A stretch of DNA of 64,000 nt from Macrostomum hystrix (GCA_950097015.1 CATNEN010000038.1:11718001-11782000); one strand, 5' to 3'. Shown: positions 45,529 through 59,329, numbered from the stretch's first letter. A program made the numbers and translations. Notes: generated by a model from the sequence alone, not told the origin.

Positions 45529-46369
45529 GATGTATGCCAAGAAACTTCATTAGCTCATTACAACACACTTCAAGACACTTCTATTTATAGCTTTTACACT
45601 GAAATCACAGAACTTACCAGTTAAATTCTGAGTTGTGTGCCTAAAATTTCATACTAAATACTACAGTAACGAAAAATTGTCTATCGTTTTTTAAAGTTAT
45701 ACTTACGTTACTTCAAGTACTCAAGTAATCGTTTTGGTGGCCTAATGTACACAAAAAATTCAGTCCGTCTGTATGCAGAGATTACAATTTTTCTTTATCG
45801 TGCATTTTTTCTAGTCAGTTAAGTCAGCAAAGCAAAGTTTGTGACAGGCAGAGAGAGATAGAGATCGAGAGTAAGTGGGACACGGTTCTTTATTTCAACA
45901 TTGACGTCAATGCATTGTGGCCAATATTTGTGAAACCGAAAAAGCGAAAGTATTTATTTGTCAATACAATGCGAACAACAGTCAATATTAGACAAAAGTC
46001 TTCTGATTGGATGGGGTTAAAACCATGCGCAAATGTACACATGAGTATGTAAAGTCAGCAGAGAGGGACAGAGAGAGGCAGGCACAGCGAAGCACCAAGG
46101 TGAAATCTAAAGCGCCAATCCAACACGCATGCCTTCTCCGTTCACTATATAGGCAACTATTATATCAACTACTCTAGTTACTATTGGTGCATGCTTACTA
46201 TACTCGTATTCGCTCAGTTAAGTTATGTTAAATTTGCAGCTGTCTCTGCTTCAAGAGCCTCAACTCAGATATAAAAGTCGTATTACTTGGATCTCAGTTC
46301 ATATTCGATAATTGACACCTATAGATTGACTGACAGCTGTTGAGGGTCCCACAGCTTGGCTGGCTAGCG

Positions 46370-47284
46370 ATGAAACGAAGTGGAAAATCTGATAAGGCGT
46401 CTGCCGTGTCAGCGAAGTGCAGCAAATTCTCGATTAGTGCACCTACCGACTATGACAAATCAGTGAGTTTTGTTTATTTCTACGATTTTAAATGTACAAA
46501 AATGAACGAATGCTCCCTTACCTACTGTAAGTAGCCAGCTGAGTGAAAGTATTATTTTTAGGCGCCTCATTCACTTACTGCATGGCTTGCTTTTGCTGCA
46601 TGCAGTAATTTTTTCCTCAAGTATATGAGTGAGTACATTTTTTCTACCTTACTCTCACCCTCAAAGCACACCTTTTCCCTCTCGCGCTGCTTTTTCCCCT
46701 CTAGCCTCTTGCTTCAGTAAAATCAGTACTCAGCCCTATAATATTAGCCAAATCTGCTCTCTGGCGGGTCCCATTACTCGCGAAATCTTTGCCCGCTCAG
46801 TCCTCCTTACAATCTTGCCTCTTTCGAATTTCTGTCTGGGCAGGCAATGCTAGTACTAGACTAGAAACGTTTCTAGTATTCCCTGGTCTGGGGAACACAG
46901 ATTTCTCATACTTTATATATAAAAACTACATTTCTAAATTAGAGTACTTTCGTTGGCTAGGCAAGCAATTTAGGCCAGTAAAATGGTTCACAACAAGCAC
47001 AATGTTCACCATACGATGAAGATGTCAATCTCAGCACCTGTGGTATCTGTGCTGCAACCAGATTCAGAACGTATTCCTGAGAAACTAAATATTGTGAAAT
47101 AATTGCAAACTATCTAGGTGCATAATGCATGCAACACCATGAGAGCTCAATAGCAATAAAGCACAGAGAATGTACCTCCATTGCTCTCCTTCAGCATTTA
47201 TGCAATATTTCTGACAACCTATTCTAACAAAACGTTTTTTTCTTATTTAAATATAGCTTCGCATTGGGTCTCAACCTGCACCCT
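46370..47284 (+). CDS. Putative 5' exons of a protein with a CRIB-like motif
   Basis: Exon 46370-46462 (donor GTGAGT) plus micro-exon 47257-47284 give FSISAPTDYDKSLRIG, with the spacing of the CRIB consensus ISxPxxFxHxxHVG. The rest of the gene was not found. Confidence 0.35.
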
Positions 47285-48325
47285 GTATGTGTAAAAAGCT
47301 TTCTTTAGATGCTAAAGGTGTATGTAAGGCATGAGCGAAACAACAATCTTAGAAGGAGAAACAAAAGATTTTTTTCATACGCGTTTAGCGCAAGCAACAA
47401 GCAACGGAACGCTGATATAAATATGAGTCTGTCATAGGGAGAGGCGTTGAAATTGAAAAAAAAGTATACTTTTCTGTCTGCTGGTGCGAAAGATCACGCT
47501 GAGAATTGAGGTAGGGAATGAGTAGAGAGAGAAGAGCGTCTTCATTTTCGAAAGAAGAAAATTCAGCTTACTTTCAATGGAATTAGTATTCCATCTGTCA
47601 CATCTAAAAATCTGACCGAACTCTTTAAAAATCCTTTCATTACTGGCAGCAGCAGCTTCTGTTCTAGTTTAGTCTACTGCGAATGAAGAAGGAAAGAAGG
47701 GGTGGTCGCCTGCACGCCGTCCCCTTTGACGAGCGACCCCCACTAGCCTTTAGCCGCGCGGAGGGGGTTGGCTGGCGGAGGAGAGAGTTGGCCGAGGGGG
47801 TGGCCGTCAGTCCTGGCGGAGAAGAGAGTTCGCGGAGGCGGGGTGAGAGCAGCTTGGGGTGGGGTGGGGCCACGCGGTGGAGGGAAGGCGAGTGGCGTGT
47901 GGCGCGCATGCCAATTTTGACTCGCAGCCCAGTCGGACGTCGCATATTTGAAGAAGAGCAGCAGCAAGCAGTATGCGGCACTCCTCCCTACTCTCCCTGA
48001 GCCATCTTATATTGCCCCTATCCTTCTTCTATTTATATTGTTGTTTTTCTTTCCACTTAGCCCTATTCTTTTAGGCTCTCGCGCGGTCGTCAAATTTCAT
48101 TTCATTTTCCGAGCGATGGCAGTTGCTTTTTAATTATTAATTTATAGTTCCCAATCTTTCACCACTATCCGGCTATGAGTATCATTATTGGAAGATTTCT
48201 TCAATTCGAATTTTATTTACTGTAGATCAGATCAAGATATTTTTATACTCCAAGGTAAATATTGAAAACGTAAAGAGAGGCGAAAGGAGAGACCCTCTCG
48301 GTGACGGAGAAAGAAAGCAGTTAAG

Positions 48326-48442
48326 ATGGCTGCAGCCTGTTGCGGTTTAATGCGACGTCGAAGAAACGGGAATAGCAAGTACCAGCAGCAGCAGCAGCAG
48401 CAGCAGCCATATCAACAAACTTCTGCGTCTAGCGCGGCGAAC
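48326..48442 (+). CDS. Putative first coding exon MAAACCGLMRRRR...polyQ
   Basis: ATG, 39 codons, strong donor GTAAGT. No downstream exon identified in the window. Confidence 0.4.
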
Positions 48443-48629
48443 GTAAGTCTCATGAGCTCAAACTGAGCTGCTTGATTGTAGAAAATCCCTACACCCTGTT
48501 AAAAGTGAAGCAATTCACGACAGATTCGGAAGAGTATGGGCGAAATATCTGTGACACTTTGAGGAAAGTTTCCGTTGCGAATCTGATAATTGAATATATT
48601 AGCGAGACTGAGTAGCTTGGTTTTTTCCT

Positions 48630-50040
48630 CAGGTATGTCGGTCTGTCAGTCTGTCAGGAACATGACACACTATGTCGGTCTGTTCGTAAGATTTTTCGGT
48701 TTGTTCCTGAGGTATGTCGATCTGTTAATTAGGTATGTCACTATGTTCCAGAGGTATGTCGATGTTTTTTAAGTTTTCTCGGTCTGTTCCTGAGGTATTT
48801 CGCTCAGTTCCTGAGGTATTTGAATCTGTTCCTATGGTATGACAGTCTATTCCTGAGTTTTTTCCGTCGATTCGTAAGGTATGTCGATCTGTCCCTAAGT
48901 TTTCTCGGTCTGTTCCTGAGGTATTTCGCTCAGTTCCTGAGGTATTTGAATCTGTTCCTATGGTATGACAGTCTATTCCTGAGTTTTTTCCGTCGATTCG
49001 TAAGGTATGTCGATCTGTTCCTAAGTTTTCTCGGTCTGTTCCTGAGGTATTTCGCTCAGTTCCTGAGGTATTTCAATCTGTTCCTATGGTATGACAGTCT
49101 ATTCCTGAGTTTTTTCCGTCGATTCGTAAGGTATGTCGATCTGTCCCTAAGTTTTCTCGGTCTGTTCCTGAGGTATTTCGCTCAGTTCCTGAGGTATTTC
49201 AATCTGTTCCTATGGTATGACAGTCTATTCCTGAGTTTTTTCCGTCGATTCGTAAGGTATGTCGATCTGTCCCTAAGTTTTCTCGGTCTGTTCCTGAGGT
49301 ATTTCGCTCAGTTCCTGAGGTATTTCAATCTGTTCCTATGGTATGACAGTCTATTCCTGAGTTTTTTCCGTCGATTCGTAAGGTATGTCGATCTGTTCCT
49401 AAGTTTTCTCGGTCTGTTCCTGAGGTATTTCGCTCAGTTCCTGAGGTATTTCAATCTGTTCCTATGGTATGACAGTCTATTCCTGAGTTTTTTCCGTCGA
49501 TTCGTAAGGTATGTCGATCTGTTCCTAAGTTTTGTCGGTCTGTTCCTGAGGTATTTCGATCTGTTCCTGAGGTATGCCGATCTGTTCCTAAGTTTTGTCG
49601 GTCTGTTCCTGAGGTATGCTGATCTGTTCAAAAGTTTTTTCGGTCTATTCTTGAGGTATGTCAGTCTATTCCTGAGGTATTTCGGTCTGTTCATGAGGTA
49701 TGTTGGACTGTTCGTTAGATTTGTCGGTCTGCTAGTAAGGTTTTTCGTATTGTTCCTTAGTTTTGTCGCTCGGTTTGTGAGATATTTCGATCGGTTACTG
49801 AAGTATGTCGCTCTGTTCCTGAGGTATGTCGGTCGGTTACTGAGGTGTGTCGGTTTGTTTCTGAGTTTTGTCAGTCGGTTCGTAAGCTTTGTCGGATTGT
49901 TCCTAAGTTTTGTCAGTCGGTTTGTGAGGTACGTCTGTCGGTTCCTGAGTTCGTGTCGGTTCCTGTCAGTTTGTTTCTGAGTTTTGTCGGTCGGTTTGTA
50001 AGATATATCGGTCTGTTCGTATGGTGCTTCGGTCTGTTGA
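48630..50040. repeat. 21-bp minisatellite with a 126-bp (6x21) higher-order repeat
   Basis: The 126-bp period is near-perfect over 48781-49540; flanking monomers are degenerate. Confidence 0.93.
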
Positions 50041-51366
50041 TGGTGAGTCTGCAACTACGAGCGTATAACTTGTACTTTTCCACAGGCTCTCGGGCCTATC
50101 ACAGACGTATTGTCTGCTGCTACCATACTTAGCTAACTGTTACCATTTTTCATTGATGCATCATTCATAGTGCCCAGACCACTACATCCATCCATTCAAG
50201 TAAAAGTTTCCTACCCCACTTGGCAATAGCTACGAGTATAGGTGGTGAGAGTGACTGCAGACAGGCTCTCTTGAAACGGGTTGGCAGGAACTTCATGCAG
50301 GCATATCAGAGAGATGACTTTCATCTACGAGTATGTGATAGACCTGAAATGTTCAAACCAGTTTTTTGGTTGACTTCCAACCCTCTGGATGAGAGAGAGA
50401 CGGCCTAGCTGCGGGGATTGTGCCAACTCTAGAGCATTGCCCATTGGGATCTAAGGAGGCGGAATCTAGCGAGAGAGAATGAGATGAGGAAAACGGGGAA
50501 GAGTAGACAGAGAAATATACGACTGTCTCCCTTGAGTCCGTGCTCACAGTTTGCCCTAACAGCCCCTGGCATAGTTACAAGATGAGAGAGCGGCGTGGTC
50601 TCAGTTTCATCTCGCTCCGTGCGGGTCCTTCCCAGCTGCTCGCACAGATGTGACGCAGGTCCGGCCTGTAGATACGAGTTATTTTGCTGATAAATCCCTG
50701 TGGCAAACTCCTGCCTGTCAGTTAAGTTAGTATATAGAACTCACTGACTGCTACACAGTTCTCATTTGCTGACACTGCTCAGTCAGGTCACAGATGGGAA
50801 AACACGGCTTGCTAAAGGGAGGGCAAAGCAAAGATAGAGAGAAACTATAAGAGGAGAGGCCGCAGCATTCTTTTCTTGGCTATAGGATCTAGTTTTCCCC
50901 GCCCATGCAGCCTCCCTTGTGCCTCATCCTCACCTATATACCTTGCTTAACCCGTGGAGCGACAAGAAAGGAGATCATATGGCGCCATAGCGGAAGGCTT
51001 TGAGGATAATCTGCCCCAATGCCAACTGTATAGTATGGACTAGGATTAGGGAAGAAAGATGGCTCAGGATTAGGATAGATAGGAAATGTACGAGCTGCTT
51101 CTGAGAAAGCGCGCCATTGTAACTCGTGAGGGGGGAGTTTTGCTGAAAACTTGTCAGTATGGGACATGCATGATAGAAGCGTCCTTGCGGTCATAAGAAT
51201 GCGTCGCGTAATACAGGGCATGTGTCCGGACACAGGTGGACTCGGGGGTAGGTCGGCAGGTGTATGGATAGTTTGGTCGGTAGATTTCGATTAGACAGAA
51301 AGATAAGACAGATTGATAAAAACGACACCAAAGCCAGAAAGACTATATAGATGGCTTTATAGATTA

Positions 51367-51705
51367 GGGTGGGTGGCAGAGCGGTCTAACGCGTTGACCT
51401 CTCGCACCAAGGTCCCTGAGCTCGATTCCGCGGCGAGGCCACATCAAATTGGGGCGCAGCCGCGGAGAGAAGGCTTGTGGGCTTATCGTGCAAATTTCGC
51501 CCTAAGGGCGAACCTCCAAGGCACAGTGAAAGTGTTCATTGCCTGACGATGCCTGACGTGTGTGACTGTGTACGGTATCTGCTTGCGTGTGTGCTCAGGA
51601 GTCAGCGGAATGGGCAGAATTTCCCGAACGCCGGCTGCTGGTCTCCAAATGATGTGCGATTGCCCACAGCTCTCCTGCAATTATTATTATTATTATTATT
51701 ATTTT
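51367..51705 (+). mobile_element. SINE family A, apparently full-length copy with (ATT)n tail
   Basis: GGTGGCAGAGCGGTCTAACGCG...GCTCGATTCC head, shared body, ATTATTATT tail at 51680-51703. Confidence 0.88.
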
Positions 51706-52689
51706 AGTTAGATCAAACGATAGATAGAAGCAAAGACGCAAACTAGAACTAGAATCTTTGCTTCTAGAAGCAAACAGGGTCGCAGAGCTGCTCTGACGCA
51801 AAGTTTACTAGCTGCTCAGCTTCCATCAGCCGCAGCGCGTAAAACTCAGCTCAGAAAAAGAATTCATTTTATCTCTCTCCCCTCTTTCTCTCCCGCTTCG
51901 CTTTTCTGTCTTCATCTGAAGCCGTACCAGTGCGGCTTTGTCAAAGTTACCCCATAAAGGCCTCCCATAGAGATTCCTGAAGAATATCCTTCACTACTTG
52001 GGGTGGAGGACCGGGTAGCTTAATAACGAAGTTAGCGTATATGCACCGGAGAATGCCGTATAGCCTGTGCCGCAACGCTTGCGTTGGTCTCTCTTCATTT
52101 CCTTCCATTCCCCTCCTCTCTCTCTCTCAGTCTTGAGTTCCAAAATTTTCTTGGCCCTTCCGTCCTTCACTTCTCGCTGGACTATTTCGGCTTATTTCAG
52201 AGTGCTATCTAGAGATGGCTGTTGGCCGTTGCGGCGGCAGAGATTTGCGTCGCTGACCGCTTTAGCCTCGTTTGCATCCCATTTGCGACGCCTCTCTTCC
52301 CTTATGCGCGCCTGCTTCCTTCCTTCCTTCCTTCCTTCCTTCCGCTCTGAATTCATTTTCATTTCAGCTTGAAAATCGTTCTCCCTTCCCTCATGCGGCC
52401 ATTTTTGACTCCCTGTTGAGGCATTCTCAAATGGGTTTGCTTCTAGACTTTTAATATCGGTGTGTGGATCATAGCCTTAACTCTCTCTCCCTCTACCTCC
52501 CTCTCTGTCTGTCTGTCTCTCTGTCTATCGGCCGCAGGCAATTTTTTTCTGATTTGAGCTTAATTAACTCGCTTCGCACTAACAACTCAAGCTCTCGGCT
52601 TTAGGAGTCTCAAACCTCTTTTAAGGAGGTCGTGGCTTTTGTACTCAAGGAAAGATGGAGGGAGCGAGATTAGGATGGTGAGGTTGAGA

Positions 52690-54822
52690 GGGTAAAATTG
52701 AGAGAGAGACTGAGAGAGTGAGACTGAGAGAGTGAGATTGAGAGAGTGAGATTGAAAGAGTGAGATTGAAAGAGTGAGATTGAGAGAGTGAGACTGAGAG
52801 AGTGAGATTGAGAGAGTGAGATTGAGAGAGGGAGACTGAGGGAGTGGGATTGAGAGGGAGACTGAGGGAGTGAGATTGAGAGGGAGACTGAGGGAGTGAG
52901 ATTGAGAGGGTGAGACTGAGGGAGTGAGATTGAGAGGGAGACTGAGGGAGTGAGATTGAGAGGGTGAGACTGAGGGAGTGAGATTGAGAGGGAGACTGAG
53001 GGAGTGAGATTGAGAGGGTGACTGAGGGAGTGAGATTGAGAGGGAGACTGAGGGAGTGAGATTGAGAGGGTGAGACTGAGGGAGTGAGATTGAGAGGGAG
53101 ACTGAGGGAGTGAGATTGAGAGGGTGACTGAGGGAGTGAGATTGAGAGGGTGAGACTGAGGGAGTGAGATTGAGAGGGTGAGATTGAGAGGGTGAGACTG
53201 AGGGAGTGAGACTGAGGGAGTGAGATTGAGAGGGTGAGACTGAGGGAGTGAGATTGAGAGGGTGAGACTGAGAGAGTGAGACTGAGAGAGTGAGATTGAG
53301 AGAGTGAGATTGAAAGAGTGAGATAGAGAGAGTGAGACTGAGAGAGTGAGATTGAGAGAGTGAGATTGAGAGAGGGAGACTGAGGGAGTGAGATTGAGAG
53401 GGAGACTGAGGGAGTGAGATTGAGAGGGAGACTGAGGGAGTGAGATTGAGAGGGTGAGACTGAGAGAGTGAGATTGAGAGAGGGATACTGAGGGAGTGAG
53501 ATTGAGAGGGAGACTGAGGGAGTGAGATTGAGAGGGAGACTGAGGGAGTGAGATTGAGAGGGAGACTGAGGGAGTGAGATTGAGAGGGTGAGACTGAGGG
53601 AGTGAGATTGAGAGGGAGACTGAGGGAGTGAGATTGAGAGGGTGAGACTGAGGGAGTGAGATTGAGAGGGAGACTGAGGGAGTGAGATTGAGAGGGTGAG
53701 ACTGAGAGAGTGAGATTGAGAGAGGGATACTGAGGGAGTGAGATTGAGAGGGAGACTGAGGGAGTGAGATTGAGAGGGAGACTGAGGGAGTGAGATTGAG
53801 AGGGTGAGACTGAGGGAGTGAGATTGAGAGGGAGACTGAGGGAGTGAGATTGAGAGGGTGAGACTGAGGGAGTGAGATTGAGAGGGTGAGATTGAGAGGG
53901 TGAGACTGAGTGAGTGAGACTGAGGGAGTGAGATTGAGAGGGTGAGACTGAGGGAGTGAGATTGAGAGGGTGAGACTGAGGGAGTGAGATTGAGAGGGAG
54001 ACTGAGGGAGTGAGATTGAGAGGGTGAGACTGAGAGAGTGAGATTGAGAGAGGGATACTGAGGGAGTGAGATTGAGAGGGAGACTGAGGGAGTGAGATTG
54101 AGAGAGGGATACTGAGGGAGTGAGATTGAGAGGGAGACTGAGGGAGTGAGATTGAGAGGGAGACTGAGGGAGTGAGATTGAGAGGGTGAGACTGAGGGAG
54201 TGAGATTGAGAGGGAGACTGAGGGAGTGAGATTGAGAGGGTGAGACTGAGGGAGTGAGATTGAGAGGGAGACTGAGGGAGTGAGATTGAGAGGGAGACTG
54301 AGGGAGTGAGATTGAGAGGGTGAGACTGAGGGAGTGAGATTGAGAGGGTGAGATTGAGAGGGTGAGACTGAGGGAGTGAGACTGAGGGAGTGAGATTGAG
54401 AGGGTGAGACTGAGGGAGTGAGATTGAGAGGGAGACTGAGGGAGTGAGATTGAGAGGGAGACTGAGGGAGTGAGATTGAGAGGGTGAGACTGAGAGAGTG
54501 AGATTGAGAGAGGGATACTGAGGGAGTGAGATTGAGAGGGAGACTGAGGGAGTGAGATTGAGAGGGAGACTGAGGGAGTGAGATTGAGAGGGTGAGACTG
54601 AGGGAGTGAGATTGAGAGGGAGACTGAGGGAGTGAGATTGAGAGGGTGAGACTGAGGGAGTGAGATTGAGAGGGAGACTGAGGGAGTGAGATTGAGAGGG
54701 TGAGACTGAGGGAGTGAGATTGAGAGGGTGAGACAGAGGGAGTGAGATTGAGAGGGTGAGACTGAGGGAGTGAGATTGAGAGGGTGAGACTGTGGGAGTG
54801 AGATTGAGAGGGTGAGACTGAT
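52690..54822. repeat. Purine-rich satellite (GAGACTGAGGGAGTGAGATTGAGAGG)n, about 2.1 kb
   Basis: Seen directly; source of the 721-aa ORF. Confidence 0.96.
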
Positions 54823-55369
54823 TGTGAGAAGGCACTAATAATTGTTTATTTCATTACTTACTAGCGTGTATCACATTAAATAAAATCAGAATTTTCCCAA
54901 AAATTTATTGAGCAAAAATCCGAGCCGACAGTGAATTAAGTAATTCTGTCGCGTGACTTCCATCCACTGTCGGGCCCTGCAAGAAGAGAAGCACATTTCA
55001 TTATTCAAACCGGCTCTGTTGCCATGCGGAACAGTCAAAACCAGCTCGCGCAGCATTCGTCAATCCTGAATCTCATGCTCCGCCCCGTTCGTGTCGTGTC
55101 AGGCAACCCCTCCAGGGACGCCATCATGCCGCTCTAAACACAGAAGATTTCGAGATTTTGTTTGATAACTTCCCCGCGAGAAACATCTGCTAGAGCATTG
55201 GCCACTAGATTAGTTTAAGTTGTAAGAAATGCCTTCGAGCTAAATCCTATTCGTCTGCGATAGAACTTGATGCACTTACCTTACATTTTTTATACGAGAA
55301 CTAGCACGTAATATCTACTAGCGCGCCAAATTATCCGAAAAACAACAGACGGCCGGATTTCCTGGTGGG

Positions 55370-56010
55370 TAGATGAGACAGCTGAGAGATGGGACAGGGG
55401 AGAGATGAGACAGGGGAGAGATGAGACAGGGGAGAGATGAGACGGGGGAGAGATGAGACAGTAAAGATATGAGATGGGGTAGAGATGAGACGGGGGTAGA
55501 GATGAGAAGGTGGGAGATGAGACAGGGAAGAGATGAGATGGGGGAGAGATGAGACAGGGGAGAGATGAGACAGGGGAGAGATGAGACGGGGGAGAGATGA
55601 GACAGTAAAGATATGAGATGGGGTAGAGATGAGACGGGGGTAGAGATGAGAAGGTGGGAGATGAGACAGGGAAGAGATGAGATGGGGGAGAGATGAGACA
55701 GGGGAGAGATGAGACAGGGGAGAGATGAGACGGGGGAGAGATGAGACAGTAAAGATATGAGATGGGGTAGAGATGAGACGGGGGTAGAGATGAGACGGGG
55801 GTAGAGATGAGACAGGGGAGAGATGAGACAGGGGAGAGATGAGACAGGGGAGAGATGAGACGGGGGAGAGATGAGACAGGGGAGAGATGAGACGGGGGAG
55901 AGATGAGACAGTGGAGAGATGAGACGGTGGAGAGATGAGACAGTGGAGAGAATGAGATGGGGGAGAGATGAGATGTGGTAGATTGGGACAGGGGAGAGAT
56001 GAGACAGGGT
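55370..56010. repeat. Purine-rich minisatellite (GAGATGAGACAGGGGA)n
   Basis: Units of about 16 bp with internally duplicated blocks. Confidence 0.94.
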
Positions 56011-56399
56011 AGGTCATTGAGTATCAGTTCAAATTTATCTCTCGATGTTGGTTTGTGGGCTAACACGCACTGCTATAAAGCACCAGTTTCTATAATTCAA
56101 TTATGGATTAGCAGTCCCCTTGAAATAGTCACATTGACCTTCTCCTTCATTAAAAGAAATTTAAAAGTGTCACTTTCAATTTCGCTTCCATTAAATTTAG
56201 TTCTAGTCTGTTTTTGAGCAGATGTTTAAAATGAATTCTGTATCCTCCTGCAGTTTCACAGCTTTTAAGCTTGCAAGTTGCAACTGTCCCATTAGAGCTC
56301 ATGAAAGTGGGAGCTGACATTGCAACTCCACAGCTAGCTCTACTCAGACCCCTGCCAGCATCCCACTCATACAAGAGTTCAAAATATATACGAACGTGT

Positions 56400-57300
56400 T
56401 TTCCGCGAATCACCCAGCTCTCGAACCACTGCCGGTTCTGTCAGTCGGCTCTTTACTGCGGCCTTCAGTGCTGAGGTGGCCATCTCTCAGTCGCATTGAG
56501 AAACGGAGAATAGACGGAAACGTACGGTTTGGTCTTCCCTTTGCATCGGAAGTACGTTGGTGTGGGCTCTCGCATTGTCCGCCACCATCACGAATGGTGC
56601 GTCAACAAGTACAGACACCTCCGAGCAGAATGAATGCAGTGAAGCGTTCTTCTGTGAAGCCACCAACGTGACATGCATAGTGAACTAATCCAAGCTGGGG
56701 ACTCACTGCGAGAACGACGGGGACATTGGGACCGCGCTGAACATCGGTGATTCGCACAGCACGATCGCCAGCAGCTGACCAGCCTTTAGACCGCAAAGTC
56801 CACAAGTTAAAGCCACATTCATCGACGTATATCAGATGCTCTTGAAGGTGACCCTCATTCATCATCCATTGCATGTACATCGCTCGCGCATCCTTGGTGC
56901 CTGGCGCATTCCAGCCCGCGTGCACATGCCTGACGTCCTTTAAGGTTATCAGAGTACCATCTAGCTTCTTGCTCAGGCATTGAGTAGAAACAGCGGGTGC
57001 GTCGGGAAATTCAACAGTCAGCCTCTCTCGCATTTCACTCAATGTGATGGTCGGCTTCTCAGCAACATACCGGTGAAGTGCTTGAAGCATCTGTTCACTT
57101 ACTTTCACGTGTCTAGCCCCTCCTCTTGCTCTGTATTCTGTCCGGTTTTCCTCTAGATAGCGCTTTAGGATCAAGTTTGCGGTGGTCCTTTTGATTCCGA
57201 GGTCAATGGCCAGTCTCCTCCAGTCCCGTCCAGTGTTGTAGCTGTTAACCAGGCGCTGCCTGTCTATTAAGCATATTCTTGCATAGGGCATGGTGGGCAA
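56400..57300 (-). pseudogene. Tc1/IS630-family DDE transposase pseudogene
   Basis: HTH (LAIDLGIKRTTA), PTITLSEM, IYVDECGFN, then frameshifted VADNARAH and YSPFLNATE. TIRs not identified. Confidence 0.88.
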
Positions 57301-57659
57301 GGAAAGAAAAAATAGTTGTGAACTCGCATTGCTGTCAACATATATATCTCCTTATGCCTTATGCTTCTAAAGAATAAAGTCAGTGTGCTTCAAGGCAGAT
57401 AATTAGGTTGCGACCGCTTAGAGACCTTCTAAAACTCGTCCAAGTCAACTAGAAATAAATCAATCCAGTTTGCTTAGAAAAATTTATAAGAAGTGAGATA
57501 GCAAAAATATGGAGGAAAAAGTTTTCACAAAGTCCTAATGAGCCGATTTTTTCTAATGCACTTTTTTGCTAAGCTGACTGCTTGCTTTGAAGAATTCAGA
57601 TGGATCAAATCGTGGTTTCTTTCTTATTATCCAAACCTTTTAGGAATGCCTTACTGGTT

Positions 57660-58215
57660 GTCTTATCTGACACTCCAAGGTCTTATCTGACACCCTAAAG
57701 TCTTATCTGACATTCCAAAGTCTTATCTGACATTCAAAAGTCTTGAATGACACTCCAAAGTCTTCTCTGACTCTCCAAGGTTCTATCTGACACTCCAGGG
57801 TCTTATCTGACACTCCGAGGTTCTATCTGACACTCCAAAGTGATATCTGACACTCAAAAGTGATATCTGACACTCCAAAGTGATATCTGACACTCCAAAG
57901 TCTTCTCTGACACTCCAACGTTCTATCTGACACTCCAAGGTCTTCTCTGACACTCCAAAGTGTTATCTGACACTCCAAAGTGATATCTGACACTCCAAAG
58001 TGATATCTGACACCCCAAAGTGTTATCTGACACCCCAAAGTGTTATCTGACACCCCAAAGTGTTATCTGACACTCCAAAGTGTTATCTGACACTCCAAAG
58101 TGATATCTGACACCCCAAAGTGTTATCTGACACCCCAAAGTGTTATCTGACACTCCAAAGTGATATCTGACATCCCAACGTCTTATATGACACTCCAAAG
58201 TCTTGCGTGACACCC
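57660..58215. repeat. 20-bp minisatellite (TGTTATCTGACACTCCAAAG)n
   Basis: About 27 units. Confidence 0.95.
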
Positions 58216-58726
58216 GAACTCCATTGTGTGAGGTTTCGACTTAAAATAAAATGTTGTCCCACTTCATTCGAGGATTATTGGCGACTTACTGCAACCAAAT
58301 TTGAACCCTTTTTCTGGGCTGAATCCGCTGACCCTTCCTCAAAGTCAATTTGTGCAGTCGTGAGCTGGAGTTAGGCTATTGGTCTTTTTGTAGTTGCACT
58401 GCTCACTATGGACTCAAATTGGCAACGCGTCGTTTCTTCGCCGTTCATCAATCAAGATTCGATGCCTTCGAAGCCTTTTTTATACTTCTCTCGCAGTCTA
58501 AGAAAATGAGAGTTTTGTGTCTCCTCGAAACTGAACTCACAATAAGAGGCATCCTATATATACCAACCCAAGCCATTCCCTCTATTGATCCTAAAATCGG
58601 AATAAATAATAAGGGTCGTAGAGACTTAGACTCTAATGAATTCTACAGGCCTCTATATGCAACCGCTTGTCCAAGTATTGGTTTCGATAATATTAATATT
58701 TTTTACTCAGTTTTATGCCTTTTTTG

Positions 58727-59170
58727 AGTTTGAGTTTAGTTTAAGACAGTTTGAGTTTAGTATCAGACAGTTTGAGTTTAGTATCAGACAGTTTGAGTTT
58801 ATTTTCAGACAGTTTGAGTTTAGTTTCAGACAATTTGAGTTTAGTATCAGACAGTTTGAGTTTAGTTTCAGACAGTTTGAGTTTATTTTCAGACAGTTTG
58901 AGTTTAGTTTCAGACAGTTTGAGTTTAGTTTCAGACAGTTTGAGTTTAGTATCAGACAGTTTGAGTTTAGTTTCAGACAGTTTGAGTTTAGTTTCAGACA
59001 GTTTGATTTTAGTATCAGACAGTTTGAGTTTAGTTTCAGACAGTTTGAGTTTAGTTTCAGACAGTTTGAGTTTAGTATCAGACAGTTTGAGTTTAGTATC
59101 AGACAGTTTGAGTTTAGTTTCAGACAGTTTGAGTTTAGTTTCAGACAGTTTGAGTTTAGTTTCCGACTTA
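58727..59170. repeat. 21-bp minisatellite (TCAGACAGTTTGAGTTTAGTT)n
   Basis: About 21 units. Confidence 0.95.
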
Positions 59171-59329
59171 AATTTTTACAGACAAATAGAGCCTTGCTAA
59201 CCCCTCATTGATATTCTGCAGGACTGCTTTGCCAAGCTACACACGGTGCTATCGCTGACAGAACTGCAGTCGGCTGTCACTGACATTCTTGCTGACATTC
59301 TGCCCTGTGTAAGTAATGCCGACAATGTG

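Noticed and set aside
47683-48000. GC-rich 105-aa ORFs on both strands
   Set aside because: Low-complexity, no motifs; more likely a repeat or regulatory island, which I cannot resolve.
48820-49980. 386-aa hydrophobic ORF
   Set aside because: Translation of a T-rich 21/126-bp array with no unique sequence.
50934-51260. Possible LINE 3' remnant (H..CP-like peptide on the minus strand)
   Set aside because: Too degenerate; no reverse transcriptase motifs seen.
51367-51440. tRNA genes (also near 10010, 24300, 40394, 62690)
   Set aside because: No clean acceptor stem or cloverleaf, and each continues into a shared SINE body.
52670-56066. 721-aa and 258-aa Ser/Leu/Pro ORFs
   Set aside because: Pyrimidine strand of GA-rich satellites.
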